64,000 bases of DNA from Octopus sinensis (taxonomy: Eukaryota), in contig NC_043006.1 in NCBI RefSeq assembly GCF_006345805.1, forward strand, positions 69,626,001 through 69,690,000, read 5' to 3'. The notes beneath the pieces are model-generated. The model saw nothing but the letters and a program-made list of their open reading frames with translations, was not told the origin of the DNA and made no database searches. Positions within the stretch are counted from its first letter, which is position 1. Each line of letters starts with the position of its first letter. Shown here piece by piece: positions 13,383 through 25,928 of the stretch. The position numbers were made by a program, and so were the translations under genes.

Positions 13383-14191
13383 TGCTAAGTGCTGACGTAT
13401 GAACCTCTCGGCCCTTGCATCATTGTTGCTTCTGATATATATATATATATATATAATATACAGTTCTATTTCTGTTTGTTGAGTTCTGTTTCTGTTACCA
13501 AATCTGTGTGTGTGTGTATGGTTGGGTGTGTGTCGAATCTAAATGTATATTTATTAAACGTACGCGCATAAATAGTTTGAAAGTTGTTCACACACAGTTT
13601 TAGTAAATAATGATAACATAACACCAAAGAATGAATCCATTTTTCCGTGTATGCGCGTGTGTGGATGTATTTGCGCGAGCGAGTGTGTGGTCCTCTCTGT
13701 CAAGAAATATGACATGGAGTATATTTAGATCAATGAATTTATATCTTAAAGCGTTATTCATGTTTGTCATTATTTTGCTATGTAATTTCAAATATCCTCT
13801 CTTTTCATTTTTCAAATCAGCACCGGATCTACATCAACTTAATTACATAAGCCACATTATATATATATGAGAGAGAGAAAGAGAGAGAGAATTGTAAAGA
13901 CGTACATACATACACACACACACACACCTACATTTGTGTGTGTGTGTGTGCGCGCTTACGTAATTGGTGGTTGTGATGTGCTGAAGGTTTTAGTTGCAGT
14001 CGTGAGAGCGGAACACTGGTCGATTTTCCACAAGCACTGAATAAACAACAGAAAAATATATATATTCGACCCACAGTCATTGGTTGAAATGTCATAGAAT
14101 TATATATTCTGTCGTAGGTTATGGATATTATATTTGTTTTTCTGGTAGTACTGGTGAACGGAGCTGGTGATAGTGGTTGAGATTATTAGAG

Positions 14192-14404
14192 CAGGAAATG
14201 TGGCGGCGGTAGGAAAGGACTGGGCGGTCTTCTGAAATTATTCTTGGAGAGTAAAATGGCGATTTGTAAACCAGAAAGCTGCGATGAGATACTGGGACAT
14301 CAATGCGAGACAGGAAATGATGCATCTCGACTTCCGTTAACAACAGGCATCGTTAAATACGTTGCGACCGGAAATGGTTGAATAATCTGATGGTCGCCAT
14401 TTTG
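14192..14404. promoter_or_regulatory. YY1/ETS/GC-box motif cluster (candidate enhancer or promoter)
   Basis: AAAATGGCG 14253, CGCCATTTTG 14395, ACTTCCGT 14330, ACCGGAAAT 14367, CAGGAAAT 14192 and 14311, GGGCGG 14222, in non-repetitive sequence richer in CpG than its surroundings. Confidence 0.3.
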
Positions 14405-14480
14405 AAACGATTAATGTCATTGCATTTTAATCGCTTTTGTTTCCTCTCAAAAAACTAACTGAAGAAACTGAAGTGGCAAC

Positions 14481-14524
<44 letters not shown>

Positions 14525-14672
14525 AAACCACCACGGCCACCACCTTCATTATAACTACTGTTACGACTACTACTACTACTACAATATTATATATTATGTG
14601 TGTTTCCTGTGCAATAATCACAGCAATAATAATAATGATGATGTATAACAACAACAACCATGATGATAATAA

Positions 14673-14714
<42 letters not shown>

Positions 14715-15106
14715 TAATAATAATAATAATAATAATTCGTGATAAATCATGATGGTAATTACGACAGAGGATATTAACTGAAATTATAAATAAAGTGGAT
14801 GTGTGTGAGAGCCAAACATGAAATAATGGGAAAGAGACGAAGGGAAAGAGATTAACAAAGCATAAATTTATGCTCATCTATATATCCGTTTTTCTAATTT
14901 ATATCGAATCTAATTATGTGTCCATATTTCTCTGACTCTATATTAGACTCACTGATAGGTACAGCTTCTATCAGTTGGCGCACGAAACCTTTAGATATGA
15001 AGAAATAATCTGGTTTACCAACACAATTATACACACACGCACACACACAGAAATACAGTATATATACATAATATAGATATATAGATATATAGATAGATAT
15101 ATAGAC

Positions 15107-15181
<75 letters not shown>

Positions 15182-15455
15182 CAGATAGAGGTGAGGAGAG
15201 AGATTCGTGCACACATACGTATGTATGTATAAGTGTGTATTGATATGTGTTTGTGTGTGTGATTATCGTTATATTTATCTGTATCTACTTTGTAATTAAG
15301 CCAGCAGCTAATTACCAGAGCAGTGATTCAGGAAACTGATTATCATATTATATGGGCGTTTGTCGTATAGTGGAGAAACTTGCTAATTTTACACGAATGC
15401 GACCAACTACTAATAATAACAACATCAACGACAACAGCTGCAACAACAGCAGCGT

Positions 15456-15950
15456 GGAGGCGCAATGGACCAGTGGTTAGGGCAGCGGACTCGCGGTCGT
15501 AACAACGCAGTTTCGATTCTCAGACCGGATATTGTGAGTGTTTATTGAGCAAAAACACCTAAGCTCCACGAGGCTCCGGTGGGGGGGGGGGGTGAATCCC
15601 GCTGTACCCTTTCACCACAACTTTCTCTCACTCTCTCTTCCTACTTCTGCCACAAAGCAGAGGAACCATGGTGTAACCCACTATGGTGTGGTAAACTTTC
15701 AGACCCTAGTCTAGATTGCGAATCTTCTGTACCCCAGGATGGTTCAGCTCTCCACCCGTTAAAAAGCCGCCGTTTACGGAATGAGGATAACAACATAGCT
15801 TTCACGCCCGTGCAACCGCCAGTCTATCACGCGTTGTGAGTGGATCTTCAAGTTGCCACATACATTCTTAGTAGCTTAGAGTAGGCTCAAATTAGAGATT
15901 ATTCTTTGTGGCTAATGGCGTGAGTCCTGATTGGAAGAAGAAGAAGAAGA
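15456..15950 (+). mobile_element. tRNA-derived SINE, composite family C1 with (GAA)n tail
   Basis: GGAGGCGCAATGGACCAGTGGTTAGGGCAGCGGACTCGCGGTCG head; ~250-bp 3' block shared with 33362-33613; ends GATTGGAAGAAGAAGAAG. Confidence 0.85.
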
Positions 15951-16021
15951 CGGCTTTGGTCGGCTATAGTAGAAGATACTTGCCAAGGTGCCACGCAGTG
16001 GGACTGAACTCGGAACCATGT

Positions 16022-16053
<32 letters not shown>

Positions 16054-16055
<2 letters not shown>

Positions 16056-16231
16056 ATGATAGATCGTTAGCCACTACACACATTCTTTCTCTCCTTGTTT
16101 TTTCTGTGTCCCTTTCTGTAGAAGAGCGTAGGCTCGAAACGTAAAAGACTTTTTCTATTCCTAGGCGTTATACTAATACATCTGTTTTGTACACCACCTG
16201 TCTCCGTCTTTTGTTTTTTGTATTTTTTTGT
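16054..16231 (+). mobile_element. Penelope-like pLTR-type repeat (hammerhead family 2), between (TA)n tracts
   Basis: Homologous to 22180-22381 and 36362-36568; contains CTGTAGA-A-GAGC-GTAG-GCTC-GAAACGTA. Confidence 0.6.
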
Positions 16232-16238
16232 AAACTCT

Positions 16239-16279
<41 letters not shown>

Positions 16280-16973
16280 GTCGAAAGATGGTGTAGGAGT
16301 AGCGTCCGAAACGTCAAAACTCCTTTGCCTTCCTTTAAACCGTTAAGTCAGTACGTTTTTTAAATCGTGTCCCTCCAGTGTGGTATTCTTTCATTTTGTA
16401 TTCATTATATTTCATACTGTATTTGTATGTATGTATGTATGTATGTATAAATTGTACATGATTGAGTGTTCCGAATTGACGTTTCTTAACTATATTTTAT
16501 TCAAATCTTCCTTTAATCTTCTATATTTATGAAAAGCTTTTAGAATCCACTTTTCAATTTTGACAATCTCTCCGCACCAGATTTAACTTGTTTTTCCGTG
16601 TACTTTAACTTTGTCAAGTTGTTTTGGATAGAGTTTATTTATAAAGATTACATGAGTAAACAGCAAAACTGCACCGCATACAATCAGACACTACTTATCA
16701 CAATGTGCAGTATAGTCTTCAACTAGCTAAAATCAGTACATAACAGCAGCTACCGATATAAAGATGGAGCTGAGACTAAGATTAACTAGGTTATACAACA
16801 AAATCAAATGTTTCGGTGGAAAAGGACAGGATGATGAGGCAACAACTGTAGTATAACATCTTGTACTTTTGTCTGAGTTCAAATAACATCTTACGTCGAA
16901 AAATCAAGATGAGGAGTCCACAAAGTCAAGAACATCTATGACGTTGATTCAGATGAAGTATGTGTGCAAAAAG

Positions 16974-17165
16974 TTTGATACAGAACACAAGTGTAAAAGA
17001 AGAGTGAAAGAGATTAGATGAAGAAATATTCCGCAAACTGGGTTATCTGATAAAAAAAAGAGTATCTTAAAATACAAACTCGCTATATTTGGATATATTT
17101 TCACTAAAACATCAACAAAGGCGATATGGCTTTGAGACGACCGCCCATCTTGTAAGATATTGGTT
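16974..17165 (+). mobile_element. Possible RTE-clade LINE ORF2 C-terminal relic
   Basis: One frame reads FDTEHKCKRRVKEIR*...ILKYKLAIFGYIF, loosely resembling the RTE C-terminal pattern FEMWCYRRML.ISW...KRKL.YFGHI; highly decayed. Confidence 0.3.
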
Positions 17166-17290
17166 CAAAAATGAAGCAGTGGCACAAAATACATCAGGGG
17201 AGTATCCAGGAGTAATGACCCGGATGCTGCGCAACCTTCTTGATTTAAGGAATTGTACTGAAACGCTTGTATAATGAGTAGAAACTTTGA

Positions 17291-17450
17291 GGCGGCGAGC
17301 TAGCAGAATCTTGTCTTACCATTTTGAGTTCAAATTCCGCCGTGGTCGTCTTTGCCTTTCATCCTTTCTGGATCGATAAATTAAGTACCAGTGAAACACT
17401 GGGGTCGATGTAATCGACTAGTCCCCCTGACCCAAATTTCAGACCTTGTA
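17291..17450 (+). mobile_element. SINE family A (internal deletion in head)
   Basis: GGCGGCGAGCTAGCAGAATC, GAGTTCAAATTCCGCC, CTGGGGTCGATGTAATCGAC. Confidence 0.85.
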
Positions 17451-17869
17451 GAAATGATAATTAGTAGATGCTTCTCCTCTGAAGAATTTTTGTTCTGCCA
17501 CCCACAATCGAGTTTCTTATTATTGCTGTGATATTCATTTAATCACAATATCATCACTACATCTATCATTTCATTGATTTGTTACGCGGTGGGATAGAAA
17601 TATGCCCCGCCAAGACATTGATTGATGGTCAGGGGTCAAATCACGAAATTCTTTACATTTTCATGATTTCCCGGCAGTCGCTGACTTGCAATTGATGAAG
17701 ATCATCATCATTATCATCATAACTGATATAACCATTCTGGGAGATTCTATTGAGAATATGGTTTAAACTCTTTCCCAGATGAAATCATAAGATACAAAGG
17801 CTTCCTCCAGTATTTACGTTAATTCCATTTAAAATCCCCTTCCTTTTTACCAAGATACGTTACTTGTAT

Positions 17870-18112
17870 GCCAGCTAATGAATGAGCCTCTATGAGGCCG
17901 CTCGACTTAATTGAAAAATACTCTAAACCTCTCCCTAAAGTAACGGCCTACTATTGTGAAATAGAAAAGACACGTGGAATAACGCCGTCTTGTGTGAATT
18001 GAGCAGGAGATAAAAAGGTACCTATTATGAAAGGGATCGCAGCTGGACTGCTTTTGATATGATAATAGGTCTGTCTTATTAGGGCCGACCTGGGGTGAAA
18101 CAGCATCAACAC
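17870..18112 (+). mobile_element. Dispersed repeat family H, degenerate, with (AAC)-like tail
   Basis: GCTGGACTGCTTTTGATATGATAATAGGTCTG...GACCTGGGGTGAAACAGCATCAAC; similar blocks at 56215-56400. Confidence 0.4.
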
Positions 18113-18224
18113 TGATGGATTTTGGTTATGTTTGTATGTTTCCCTGCTGAGGGGTATTGTACTGTAACGATTGTGGAATGTCTAGTTAGCTTTCTATGCT
18201 GCAGACTCTCTCACATATATGAAG

Positions 18225-18429
18225 AAACAGATAGACAAACAGAATCAGAAACACAGACTGATGATAGGACAAGATAAGCAGACAGCCAGCCAGCCAGACA
18301 GACATACAGACAGATGATAGGACAAGATAAGCAGACAGACAGCCAGCCAGCCAGACAGACAGACAGATAGACACATAGACAGACAGATAGATAGACAAAT
18401 AGATAGATAGAGGGATATATAGATAGAGG

Positions 18430-18497
<68 letters not shown>

Positions 18498-18715
18498 GCT
18501 AGATAGACAGACAGCTAGATAGACAGACAGCTAGATAGACAGACAGACAGACAGCTAGACAGACAGACAGACAGCTAGACAGACAGACAGACAGCTAGAC
18601 AGACAGCTAGACAGCTAGACAGACAGCTAGACAGCTAGACAGACAGCTAGACAGCTAGACAGACAGCTAGACAGACAGCTAGACAGCTAGACAGACAGAC
18701 AGACAGCTAGACAGC

Positions 18716-18746
<31 letters not shown>

Positions 18747-18895
18747 CTAGACAGACAGCTAGACAGACAGCTAGACAGACAGACAGCTAGACAGACAGCT
18801 AGACAGACAGCTAGACAGCTAGACAGACAGCTAGACAGCTAGACAGACAGCTAGACAGCTAGACAGACAGCTAGACAGCTAGACAGACAGACAGC

Positions 18896-18957
<62 letters not shown>

Positions 18958-18985
18958 TACAGACAGACAGACAGACAGACAGATA
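18225..18985. repeat. Compound tetranucleotide array (GACA/GATA/GCTA)
   Basis: Direct inspection, ~760 bp. Confidence 0.95.
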
Positions 18986-19438
18986 ACAAGATGGATAAAG
19001 ATATGAAAAAGAGAAGAAATGAAAAGATATATATATGCACACACATTCGTACATATCTGCATTTCAATTAGTGTGCACAAAGTTTTCTTAGCTCTACAAA
19101 TTCAATTTCATCTGTCGTCATCTTTAATTAGTTATTTCTGGTGGGGGGTTTTTCCCTATGACCCAGCCCCTGCTTCCCGCTTGCTAATCCATCATCATTA
19201 TATAACTACATTTTAATTAGACTTTTTTTAAATCCACCCCTCGTATCCCAGTTTGGGTGGTACGTCTTTAAGTGTTGCTTCGGTGGGGTACCCAGAACAC
19301 TGTTGTCATTACTAACTCTCCCGTTCTCTTTCGCTTTGTTCCCGTGAGATCATTTACGTGTCGTTATTACAGCTGCAGTCAATCTACTGAGAGACTCTGT
19401 ACATGCTAGAAATAACAGCTAAATTAGATTTTATTGTT

Positions 19439-19720
19439 TACTCTTTTACTTGTTTCAGTCATTTGACTGCGGCCATGCTGGAGCACCGGCTTTAGTCGAG
19501 CAAATCGACCCCAGGACTTATTCTTTGTAAGCCTAGTACTTATTCTCTCGGTCTCTTTTGCCGAACCGCTAAGTTATGGGGACGTAAACACACCAGCATC
19601 GGTTGTCAAGCGAAGTTGGGGGGACAAACACAGAAACACAAACACACATACATATATACGACGGGCTTCTTTCAGTTTCCGTCAACCAAATCCACTCACA
19701 AGGTTTTGGTCGGCCCGAGG
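19439..19720 (-). mobile_element. SINE family B, 5'-truncated
   Basis: Reverse complement of family B from CCTCGGGCCGACC to the ACAAGTAAAAGAGT tail. Confidence 0.9.
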
Positions 19721-19724
19721 TGTC

Positions 19725-19878
19725 TATGTTTCTGTAACATAGTAGTTCGGCAAAATACACCGATAGAATAAGTACTAGGCTTAGAACATAAGTTCTTAAG
19801 TCAATTTGTTCGAGTAAAGTCCTTCAAGGTGACACTCCAGCATTGCCGCAGTCAAACAGGTAAAAGAATAAAAGAGTA
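19725..19878 (+). mobile_element. SINE family B, 3' half, inverted relative to its neighbour
   Basis: GTTCGGCAAAA...GATAGAATAAGTACTAGGCTTA...GCCGCAGTCAAA...TAAAAGAGT. Confidence 0.8.
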
Positions 19879-20920
19879 GATGCGCTAATAATTCTACAAA
19901 CACCGCTATCCTCATCCCACAACGATTACTACTACTATCACCACTACCACAGCAACCACTACTACCAGCGGTACCACCACCACTACGAAAGTCATTCTGT
20001 AATACACTCATTTAACCTGACCGACTTCACTGAATACCTCAGCGCCACCTATTGATAAATTGATGACTAAGGATAGTAATGTAGTAACCCCTAAAGGGAA
20101 CTATTACAAATCCCTAAATGGTTCTGTTGTATTATGATAATCGCGTGACACCACCTGAAGCGATACAGGAATTCTTAACGATCAATACAGACGCCACCAT
20201 TGGAAATATATAGATGTATATATTTGTGTTATATTCTATAGATTTCTGCAAAATATGTTTGGAATTTCGGGATGTAGAGATTCATACACATATATACACA
20301 ATCATACAAGTATATAACATACATACATAGATACACGCAGGCATACACACACGCATACTTATATGTATATATACATACACACATATGCATGCACATATAT
20401 ATATATATATATACATACAACATAAGCACACTTGCATATATATACATATATACATACATAAACACACATGCATACATACATACACACATGCATACATATA
20501 AATACATGCATACACACATGCATACATATAAATACATGCATACATATATACATACACATACATACATGCACAACATCATATGTATATATACATATATATA
20601 CATGCATATATATGTATATAAATGATAACACATACACACACACACATATATATACACACACACATAAATACATCCTTATATACATGCATGTGTGCATATA
20701 TACTGTCTGCGTTTTCCGTATGCTGCCTTCTCAACTTCATCGCGTTCGTTTTATTTATTGAATTTCTTCAGTTCATTATATGTCGTTTGCGCCTGAAGAA
20801 GATGTGAGATCTCTCGTCATATGAAACTCCTAGCAGCGCTTTAATACATGTATTGTGACCTTTAGATAATATTTATCTTTCACCAGATGGAGTACTTTTT
20901 TCTTGAATTTTCACGGTTCA

Positions 20921-20991
<71 letters not shown>

Positions 20992-21068
20992 AAATTGAAC
21001 TTGCGTTGAAAGTCGACAAAGTTTGCTTTAGAAGCGTTGAGATGTATTGAAAGATACAGATAAGAAAA

Positions 21069-21103
<35 letters not shown>

Positions 21104-21510
21104 GTGCATGCTTACATAATTACATTCACGCACATGTCTGCACGCATACACAGATACATACAAGCATGCATACACATGCGTAGATACATACATACATGTA
21201 TGTATGTATACATACATGTATGTATGTATACATACATGTATGTATGTATGTATGTATGTATGTATAGATACTTTGCGTTGCTTTCGGTCTTCAACTCCAT
21301 GATAGAATCACATAGGTGCCATTGTGACATATAACGTGTCTTGGATTCTCTTAGACATAATGGAGACCATTCCTCCCCAAGTTTACCTGCAGTCGATTTC
21401 TTCCAGGAAATAGAATGTGAAGGACCGCTGCTATAAGTGTGTGAAACTGAGAGGGGAATATGTCGAATAAAATCATAATTGGCTGATCCTCTTACATTCT
21501 CTTTTGCCCA

Positions 21511-21540
21511 AAGCCAGGAACTTTTCAGCACTCCTTCACA
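21511..21540 (-). mobile_element. Mariner-like TIR remnant
   Basis: AAAGCCAGGAACTTTTCAGCACTCCTTCA is the reverse complement of a near match to GAGAGGATGCTGAAAAGTCCCTGGCTTT at 36855-36887. Confidence 0.4.
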
Positions 21541-22179
21541 CACACACACACACATATGCTAGATTACTGGTGGTGGTGGTGGTAGTGGTGATAGTTTTAG
21601 TGAAGTAGGCGAGGGTGATAGTGCGTGTTAACAGCGGTGAATGAGTCAGTGGTGGTGGTGACGTTTGAGATGCTGGCATATCATATAATGACAAGATCTT
21701 TGGGAGATTTGTCAAATCCCCTTGACAGTACAAGTGGTTTTACGTTCACTTCATTCATTGTGAGGTTTGCGATGGTTGTTTCATGTCCTATTGAGAACCT
21801 ATTAAACACACGCAACCGGACGTAACAACTTTTGTAGCTTCCGGTCGTAATGGCTATTGCTGCCGGTGTTGTCATATTTATTGCCCTCCCCCATCACAAA
21901 CAACTATAACGTTTTGCTCGCTCCTTGCTCTTTCGCCCCCGCTTCGTTCATTGCGTCACCAGCATCTATATTTACATGCCATTGTTCTTACGCCTCTCTC
22001 TCTCTCTCTCTCTCTCTCCCAGACTCTCTGTATTTCTTTCCCTGTGTGTTTGTATTTTCGTGTGTAGATTTCACAAGCCTACACCGTATTTTACTCTAAA
22101 CCCTCATGTTTTTATGTGATTCAGATCAAATTCCCTTTCGTTGACTGTGTGTATAAATTTATAATATTCGATCGTCATG

Positions 22180-22381
22180 TTAAACCGTTAACCCCAACAC
22201 GTGCTTTTCTTTCTCCGTCTGTTTTCATTCTTTCTCCCCCCCCCGCCTCTTAATCCTTTCTGTCGAAGAACGTAGGCTTTATACGTAAAAGACCTTTTCA
22301 TTCTTCCCGAGCGTTAAACTAATACACCAGCTTGTTGTTCCAACACCTGTCTTTGTCTTTTGTTTTCTGTAAATTTGAACT
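22180..22381 (+). mobile_element. Penelope-like pLTR-type repeat (hammerhead family 2), decayed
   Basis: CCTTTCTGTCGAAGAACGTAGGCTTTATACGTAAAAGAC plus shared downstream GAGCGTTAAACTAATAC...CACCTGTCTT. Confidence 0.55.
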
Positions 22382-22550
22382 ACACACACACACACGTGTG
22401 TGTGTGTGCGGCACGGAATTTTGTTAGTGAGCAGGTCGCAGTCTCAAAGCAACGGAAATATTTTGGCACATTAGATTTAAATGTTGAAGTGAATCAAACG
22501 GTTTGTGTGTGTTTCTAAATGGCTTATAAACACCATCCACGCAGCAATTG

Positions 22551-22607
<57 letters not shown>

Positions 22608-24271
22608 CCGGTTTCAGTCATTACAATGCGTTTATACTAGTGCATGGCTTGATCTTGGATGGATGCGAACCAACAACCAAAAATAACATATCTAATTTCA
22701 GATTACAGCTCTCCACTGTACCGACTGATAACACACACCCACACACACTCTCTCTCTCTAACACACACATTCTTTTATTTTTTTATATTGTGTCAAGTCA
22801 TTTGACTGCGGCCATTTATATATATATTTTAAAAAGCAACACAGGAAGATTAAAGATTGCCAAGTATAAGTGTTAGACCGAGGCATTCAAAAAAAGAGAA
22901 TGTGCCTTAACGTTTCGTACCTTATTCGATAATCAGAAGAAAGAGAATCATTAAAGGAGTAAAATAAGAGAAATGGAAAGGGATATGTAACAACACCAGA
23001 AAGAATAGAAGTTAGATGAGACTGTTGTTCTATTGTGGTGGAAGGAAGATAAAGCGAGACTTACAAGTTTTCACTACTTTTGAAAAATCATAATAATCAT
23101 GAAAATAATGAAACCGGTTGGGAAATTTTAAATACATTTCCTTAAAGTGTATTTTCAGTTTCTGTCCGTCATACATAGATACATGTATCATACCCATACA
23201 ATGACTTTAAACTGCTTCTGGTTGTTGGGTCCTGGTTCAACATTGCCAGGATTTTGTAGAGTGTGTGGAACCATCCGTTAACCACTACTCTTACCAGATG
23301 TACTCTGATTCGGAGAGTAGTAGCACTTGTCAGAATCACAGCTATTGATTAATTAGCGAGTAAAAGAACAATCTCCAAAGACTTGTGAATACCCTGAAAC
23401 AAGACTGCGGAGTTAACCTCGGTTGCAGGTCATGTAGTTAAGACCCGCAAGCGGCCTGATGCCTTCTTTGACAACCTTCCAGCTACTCCAGAGTAGGTGG
23501 AGGTCTAGAGACTTGTAAGGCAATTTGCTTTGATGAAGGGCACTCCCATGTAAAACCCTATAGCTAATTGGTCACCGCAGCCGTTTTTGCCTGCTGAACC
23601 ACTGTGGTCGGACCTTGACATCTAAATATTAGATTGTGCGGGCTGACTTTCACTTTGAAACTACTAAGCAGAGCCTAGAAGATAACCTTCCAGCGTCATG
23701 GATCACTTTACACAGCCATTTGAAGGCACTTCACTCTTCGTCAAGATCTTCAGACACGAACAAATGCTATTCAAATAGTGCTGCGTATTATACTGAAAAC
23801 ATGCTTAACATATTTCTACAGATCAGCTACATTTCATTAAACACACCTTCATACACAAAGATCCATAAGTACGTGCGAGTGTTTGTATTTGTGTATATGC
23901 GAGTAGGCGAGTTTGCATGCGTGTGAGAGAGAGAGAGTGTGGTGTGTGTGTGTGTGTGGTGTGTGTGTGTGTGTGTGTGTTTGTAAAGGCACCTTTTTGT
24001 CAATTTCACCAGCAAGACAAACAGTACTCAATACTTGTTCAAGAATATATTAATTCGTATGAAGCTAGTGAGTCACTCAGTCACAATCCAGTTTTTCTTG
24101 CTCGCATGCATAAGACACGGAGGTAAGAAATTGAGAGTGAGAGGGATGGCCGATATGCAAATGGTAGTGCAGTGTTTGCATTAAAAAATAGTTGAAGCAA
24201 TGAGTTCAAGGATGTCAGTCAATTCAGTAATGTGAACTCGCTGCACAGGTTATTTATGAGGTAGTATATCA

Positions 24272-24452
24272 GTTTCAAATTTTGGCACGAGGCCAGCAAT
24301 TACAGAACAGAGATTGAGTCGGTGCTCATTTGGGTTCTTATTTTATCGCTCCCGGATGGATGAACATGACGGAATTTGAACTCACAACGTAAATACGGAA
24401 GAAATGCTGCTAAGCATATTGTCCAGCAGGCTAACGACTGTCAGCTTACCAT
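24272..24452 (-). mobile_element. SINE family A, degenerate
   Basis: TTTCAAATTTTGGCACGAGGCCAGCAAT ... GGAATTTGAACTCACAACGT ... GCTAACGA. Confidence 0.7.
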
Positions 24453-24651
24453 TTTCTGGAGGTAGTATGATAGTAATGGTAACAAGATATATGTATAATG
24501 AGTCAATTCACTACAGCTGTTTCTAACGATTTTTTATATCGATTAAGAGAGACATTACATCATTAGAAAACAACATTTTTCTCTGGTGAATATATGAAAC
24601 AACATTCAAAAGCATTTCAATGTAAAATGTTTACCACACACGCAAAACCAA

Positions 24652-24700
<49 letters not shown>

Positions 24701-24721
24701 AAACCATACAAAATCCGTGCC

Positions 24722-25012
24722 TGCTGGCTGGTGCAATATGGCTGAATGGTTAAGAAGTTCGTTTCAGTTCGACCTATACCTTCAGTGATTTTGGGTATAT
24801 GGAAGCTGTAGTGAAGGTCATTCGAGAGATTCTACTTGTAATTCAATAACTGATACTTTGTCACACACACAGCGTCACGCTGATTCAACCTGAGATTCAC
24901 TTCAAGAGTACCGATTACTTAGGAATACTCAGCGATTTAAATGTTAATTCAGCTTAACTTAGTTGATAGAAAACCACAATCCTCGTCGCCGAACGGCGGA
25001 GACCCACTACTA
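24722..25012 (+). mobile_element. SINE family E-like, degenerate
   Basis: GTCACGCTGATTCAACCTGAGA, GGAATACTCAGC and CCTCGTCGCCGAACGGCGGAG blocks shared with 3682-3956. Confidence 0.5.
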
Positions 25013-25928
25013 TTCTCCATGCTTGAAGTGTATTGACAAAAGACGTTTGAGCATCAAATGGAATATTTTCAGTAGTCTTCCTGACCTACTGTACAATGAG
25101 TTTTCAAATCCTGCCAAGACCAACTTTAGCTTATACTACATAAAAGGATAAAAGCTCCTATCGGAGTTATAAAATATCAGGCTGGACCTGAAAATGATTG
25201 CCCTTTTTTCCTTCTGCAAAATCGGCCATGTTTAGAGCAGAGGAGGTGTTCCCTTTTCTAGGTTCAAAAACCCACTGAGTACATATAACAGAGATCATAT
25301 ATTCATTAAAATCTGGTATATCACACTGCTGTTATTCATTTCTTATGACCTACATACTTTACAATTTATTGCATGTGTACAATTCCTTCATTAATAATAA
25401 TTAGTTACATGGAATTCGGGTGAATCTCTCTGTTGTACTATTACTGTATCTTAGAGCTTAATAATTACATATTTGGGTGTCAGCTTTTGGGTATATCATA
25501 TTTTACGATTTCTATTTTTATGGCTGTTTTATGAGTGGAAATTTAACAAAAATTCTGTTTGAGGACAATATTAAAATGTTTACTGTGCTTGTAAAAACTA
25601 GTTTGTAAAAACTTGTTGAGACCACCACATAATGGAACTACAGTGAAACCATAAAACTACATCATAATAGAACTTCACTACCACACCTCAATATTGTGAG
25701 AGAAACGTTGTTGAAAATAGCTTTTTTAACCACAATTCCGTGCATCCTTAACCTTTGTATACTGTAAACAAAGCAGACCGTATGAACTAGACTACTTCAT
25801 GTTAGCAACTTAACTCGTTTGAAGTAGAGAATGAACTCAATATTTTACTGGCTTTCGCAGTTGATGCCAACCTATTTCATATTGGGTACAAAGTTTGGAA
25901 GATATGCAGTGGAAATATCTTGTAATTC

